Origin: Chloroflexota bacterium
GTDB taxonomy: Bacteria; Chloroflexota; UBA11872; VXOZ01
DNA length: 64,000 nucleotides
Assembly (NCBI GenBank): GCA_964291655.2
Contig: OZ219802.1
Location: 1,888,001 to 1,952,000 of the forward strand
Direction of reading: 5' to 3'
Part shown: one piece after another, positions 60,416 to 64,000 of the stretch
Position numbering within the stretch: the stretch's first letter is position 1
Layout: each line of letters begins with the position of its first letter
Notes under the pieces: generated by a model
Seen by the model: only the letters and a program-made list of their open reading frames with translations
Databases searched by the model: none
What the model was told of the DNA's origin: nothing
Program-made: the position numbers and the translations under genes

Positions 60416-61237
60416 TTAGCTGTCCAGTCCTCCCTGGTTGCGGAAAGGCTGCGGCAGGCGTTGCAGCGACCCGTCCAAGAAGCGTGCAACCAAAGGATCG
60501 CTGCCGTGCAAATAGACCGGCCAGACTCTGAAGAAGTTGCCGCCGAGCAGCGCCGCGTCGCCGGCCGCGATCTGGTAGACCAACGCCCGCCGCGGCGTAT
60601 CGCTGTTATTGGGATGGGTGTAGTGCAGCAGATTGCCGTGGTGAATGGTCATGCTCCCGGCAGGTCCTTCCAAGTCGAACAGGTTGCCGTTGGCAACGTC
60701 GGGGGCGTAATCGTCGGCGGTGGAGCAGTGCCCCAGGAACGCGCCGTCCGCGTCGTGGTGACTCACCGGGCCGCGCGTGTGGCTGCCGGGGATGGCCTGC
60801 AACGCGCCGTTCCGCACCGTCGTGTCGTCCAGCAAGAAGGTTACCGCCAGCACGTCGTAATTGGTGAGTGGGTGAAAGGGGTAGTCCTGGTGCCAGTCCA
60901 CGGCGCCCTCACCTTTGGCGATGGGCTTCCAGTGGACCCGCGCCTGAATCAAATGCAGGTTCTCGCCGATGAGCTGCACGGAGGCTCCCACAAGCGCGGG
61001 ATGGTGCGCGGCCTCCATGAAGGCATCCTGCAAGAAGATCACGTCGTGAATAGCAACGGTGCGTTCCTTGCCGCCGCGTCGGAGCCGTTCCTCGTCCAGC
61101 GCGTCGGCGGCTGCCCGCAGCCCGGCGAGCTCCTGCGTCGACAGCACGTTGGGGAGAATCAGAAAACCGTTCTCGTGATAGGACGCGAGCTGCTCGTCGC
61201 TCAGGACCGGTTGGGCAGGGGCCGCCCGATTCGCCAT
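60416..61237 (-). CDS. Phytanoyl-CoA dioxygenase (PhyH) family protein
   Basis: YHENGFL, WHQD, NGALQAIPGSH, HHGNLLH, NNSDTPRRAL; start placed at ATG 61237 after AAGGAGG. Confidence 0.9.
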   Translation of the reverse strand: MANRAAPAQPVLSDEQLASYHENGFLILPNVLSTQELAGLRAAADALDEERLRRGGKERTVAIHDVIFLQDAFMEAAHHPALVGASVQLIGENLHLIQARVHWKPIAKGEGAVDWHQDYPFHPLTNYDVLAVTFLLDDTTVRNGALQAIPGSHTRGPVSHHDADGAFLGHCSTADDYAPDVANGNLFDLEGPAGSMTIHHGNLLHYTHPNNSDTPRRALVYQIAAGDAALLGGNFFRVWPVYLHGSDPLVARFLDGSLQRLPQPFRNQGGLDS

Positions 61238-61362
61238 AGTGCCGTCCTCCTTCTCGCGTAGTATTGCGGGGGCAAATGCATCTGTCAAGCCGGCTCGCTG
61301 CCGTGCACGGAATCGGCTTTGGTATACTGAGAAAAAGACGCGGCAGTGAAGGATAGCGCCCT

Positions 61363-61659
61363 ATGGCAGAGACGGAGTTGATTACACTGCGGCTCTTCGC
61401 GGTCTTTCGCGAAGCCCTGGGCAGTAGCACGCTGCAACAAGAAGTGCCCGCCGGGACGACGGTTGGCCAGGTGCTGGCCCGGCTCATTGACGAGTACCCG
61501 GCGTTGAGGGGCGCAGAAGCAGCCGTGTCTTTCTCCGTCAACCGCACGTACGCCTCGGCGGAAACGGTACTACACGCCGGTGATGAGGTAGCTTTCATCC
61601 CGCCGGTAAGCGGTGGAGACACTTGCCTGTCTTGGACACTCTCGCTTACCCCGGAATAG
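61363..61659 (+). CDS. moaD: Molybdopterin synthase sulfur carrier subunit with 13-aa C-terminal extension
   Basis: LRLFAVFRE...SVNRTY...GDEVAFIPPVSGG followed by DTCLSWTLSLTPE. Confidence 0.88.
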   Translation: MAETELITLRLFAVFREALGSSTLQQEVPAGTTVGQVLARLIDEYPALRGAEAAVSFSVNRTYASAETVLHAGDEVAFIPPVSGGDTCLSWTLSLTPE

Positions 61660-61671
61660 AAGCAAGAAGAC

Positions 61672-61910
61672 TCCCTCTCCCTAAGAAGACCACTGCATTG
61701 ACCTTGGCGAGGCGGGAAAGTTCCCTCTCCCGGCAGAGACCTTTGCATTACCCTTGCCGGGTCGGATAGGTCCCCTCTCCCGGAGAGACCCTTGCGTTAC
61801 CCTTGCAGGGTCGGATAAGTCCCCTCTCCCGGCGGAGACCTTTGCGCAACTCAAGCGGTAGCGATATAGTTCCCTCTCCCTCGACGGGAGAGGGCTAGGG
61901 TGAGGGTGGA
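61672..61910. repeat. ~50-bp tandem array of CCCTCTCCC / GAGACCTTTGC units
   Basis: Five CCCTCTCCC motifs at ~50-bp spacing; same unit type as 9198-9370. Confidence 0.85.
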
Positions 61911-62025
61911 TCTCCTGAAGTCTCTCCATATGCACACCAAATCTGCCCTGCTACGGCTTGACACTGCCCAGCGTAAAGGGCCATCGTAGCAACAAGACCC
62001 CCCTCACCCTGGCGCACTCCCCAGG

Positions 62026-62213
62026 AGGCCGTCTCATAAACGCATCGCTCCGTGTAGACTTGCCCTTCGACCCTTCGACAGGCTCAGGGCGAACGTAACA
62101 GGCAACAATCCGTTCGTGCTGAGGGCTTCGCGCAGCAGGCTACGCGAAGCCTGCTGCGCGAAGCCCTTGTCGAAGCACGATTTAGCTTATCAAATCGACT
62201 TATGAGACAGCCT
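62026..62213. mobile_element. MITE family C (188 bp) containing a REP doublet
   Basis: TIR AGGCCGTCTCATAA / TTATGAGACAGCCT; 6-bp direct repeat CCCAGG at 62020-62025 and 62214-62219. Confidence 0.72.
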
Positions 62214-62463
62214 CCCAGGGAAAGGGAGTAGCTCTTGCGCCTCCGGCCGGGGTTACGCAGAGGTCCCCGGCGGGAGAGGGCTAGAGCCTGCCCCCTACTC
62301 GATACAGCGTATCGACACGATACGGGGGTGAAGGGGGATTATCTGCAGCCCAGGCACGTATCTCTTCTCAAGGCTCTTTTCACTGCATTGGCGCACTTCA
62401 GTACAGGTCTTGCGGGTAGAATGGACAGGACTAGCAGAAATCCCCTCACCCCGGCCCTCTCCC

Positions 62464-62751
62464 TGTACAGACCGGGGACATAGGTAACAGTTGTTCGGGG
62501 ACATGGGTTACACATTTTACTGATTGACACCTACGAGAGCATTGGGTTGGTCCGGGTTTGATAAGAGACTGGCGACACAGTGCACTCACTTTCAGCCTGT
62601 CAGCTTGTGCCAGAGAAACAAACTGTGTGCATAAGGATATTGAGCGGATCTAACTTTCAAGGCAAGGACATCGCATACTACGAAAATCCCCTCGTTCTAT
62701 GGTGTAACCTATGTGCCCGAACATGTGTAACCCATGTACCCGGTCTATACA
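62464..62751 (+). mobile_element. IS481-type MITE, family A variant 1 (288 bp)
   Basis: Apparently identical to 52748-53035; 5-bp TSD CTCCC. Confidence 0.92.
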
Positions 62752-62931
62752 CTCCCCAAGGAGAGGGAGAATTTCTCGCGCCGTTGGCCAACCTTAAGCC
62801 GTTGGCCAACGTTTCAATGAAGTCGCCTGGGGAGTAGGATTGGGTAAGAGGTGAATCCTTGTCGATGCTGCCTGTCCCGCCAGCTTGACGGAATTGCGCA
62901 CAGGCCACATATTTTTGGGAGAAGCTAACTA

Positions 62932-63408
62932 ATGTCCATAGCCAAGACTACGGCAGAGAAAGTCGAGACCGGTCACTTTCGCATCCTCGAGCGCCCGATC
63001 ACGGCTGACGAACTTATCCCCCATGTGCTCACCGACGCCTACGGCGCCGTGGCGACGTTCTCCGGCACGGTGCGCAACCACGCCCGCGGCAAGCACGTCA
63101 CCGGCCTGACCTACGAGGCCTACCCGGAGATGGCTGAGGCGGAAATGCGCAAGATCGCGGTGGAGGTCTATGCGCAGTGGCCGGAATGCAAAGTGGCTAT
63201 GCTGCATCGCATCGGCAGGCTGGAGATCGGTGACGTCTCGGTGGCGATCGCGGTGGCCACACCTCACCGCAAGGAGTCGTTCGAGGCCTGTGAATTCGCC
63301 ATCAACCGGCTCAAGGAGACCGTACCCATCTGGAAGAAAGAGGCCTACGCCGACGGTGAGGTGTGGGTGGAAGGCGTCTCCCCCGGCGCAGACGGCAACG
63401 CGGGCTAA
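62932..63408 (+). CDS. moaE: Molybdopterin synthase catalytic subunit
   Basis: GAVATFSGTVRN, LTYEAYPEMA, HRIGRL, PHRKESF, LKETVPIWKKE. Confidence 0.95.
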   Translation: MSIAKTTAEKVETGHFRILERPITADELIPHVLTDAYGAVATFSGTVRNHARGKHVTGLTYEAYPEMAEAEMRKIAVEVYAQWPECKVAMLHRIGRLEIGDVSVAIAVATPHRKESFEACEFAINRLKETVPIWKKEAYADGEVWVEGVSPGADGNAG

Positions 63409-63493
63409 GTCCCACGCGCCTTAGGCCAGTGCGTTGGGGAATTGGACTATTAGCTCCTAGGCGAGCACACCCACGCTACGCTTTTGCCGCACG

Positions 63494-64000
63494 TTACGAG
63501 CCTACGGCGCTTGGCTCCCTCATTGGGACCATACTTTCCTTGTGCGGTGCGATATCCGCGTAGGCGCGGGCGTAGAGATCGGCGCGATTCTGGCGCAGCA
63601 TGGTTCGCCGGTGGTCGTACTTCGTGCACCAGCTCGTCCAGCGCTCTTCGTCCAGGTCGAGCGTCGCGGTGGCGTGGCCTGCGCGGTGTCCGGTCTCAGC
63701 CAGGGTAAAGCCATTGAAGTCATAGATCGTCGCATGACTCTGGCGGTACTGCCATCCGAGCGGCCTGTCCTGGAGAAACGTAGACGTGACCAAGAAGCAG
63801 GAGGCATCGTGCGCGCGGGTGCGCAGCATCTCCGAGCGAATGGTCTCGGTCGGCCCGGCGGCTTGGGTGGGATGGAGCAGCACGTCCGTGCCCTTCAAGC
63901 CGTAAATCTGGCAAATCTCCGGAAACGCTTGATCGTTGCAGATGAAGACGCCGTAGCGGACGCCGTCCACTTCGATGGGCTCGATTTCGTCCCCGGGGGT
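63494..64000 (-). CDS. Carbon-nitrogen hydrolase (nitrilase superfamily), 5' end outside the window
   Basis: GVFICNDQAFPE nucleophile motif, GTDVLLHP, RTRAHD, C-terminal NRADLY. Confidence 0.82.
   Translation of the reverse strand, partial: TPGDEIEPIEVDGVRYGVFICNDQAFPEICQIYGLKGTDVLLHPTQAAGPTETIRSEMLRTRAHDASCFLVTSTFLQDRPLGWQYRQSHATIYDFNGFTLAETGHRAGHATATLDLDEERWTSWCTKYDHRRTMLRQNRADLYARAYADIAPHKESMVPMREPSAVGS

Noticed and set aside
61672-61880. CRISPR array (also 9198-9370 and 47099-47175)
   Set aside because: Units are similar along their whole length or too short, repeats are degenerate, no unique spacers of uniform size, no cas genes.

Overview
GC-rich bacterial chromosomal window; gene content (Tat-exported solute-binding proteins, TauD/PhyH dioxygenases, PLP enzymes) and style suggest Chloroflexota, possibly a host-associated lineage (inference). 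It carries about 45 CDS: housekeeping genes (dut, tilS, pheS, pheT, uvrA, uvrB, rpmI, rplT, moaD, moaE, divIC-like), catabolic enzymes, a P1B ATPase, two candidate toxin/defence gene pairs and two orphan antitoxin-like genes. No rRNA, tRNA or CRISPR array was seen. The dominant feature is a dense, nested population of small selfish DNA: at least seven REP-like palindrome families (GTAG- and CGTC-type), one intact IS481-family element and three IS481-type MITEs that all sit in the same arm of one REP family, a second five-copy TGT...ACA MITE family that carries a REP doublet with a 36-bp loop found in both orientations, and a third nested MITE. The same REPs have invaded uvrA twice in frame, adding roughly 210 and 75 residues of repeat-encoded peptide. 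A separate highlight is a promoter-driven, pseudoknotted, terminator-ended ~200-nt leader upstream of pheS that is neither a T-box nor a Phe leader peptide.
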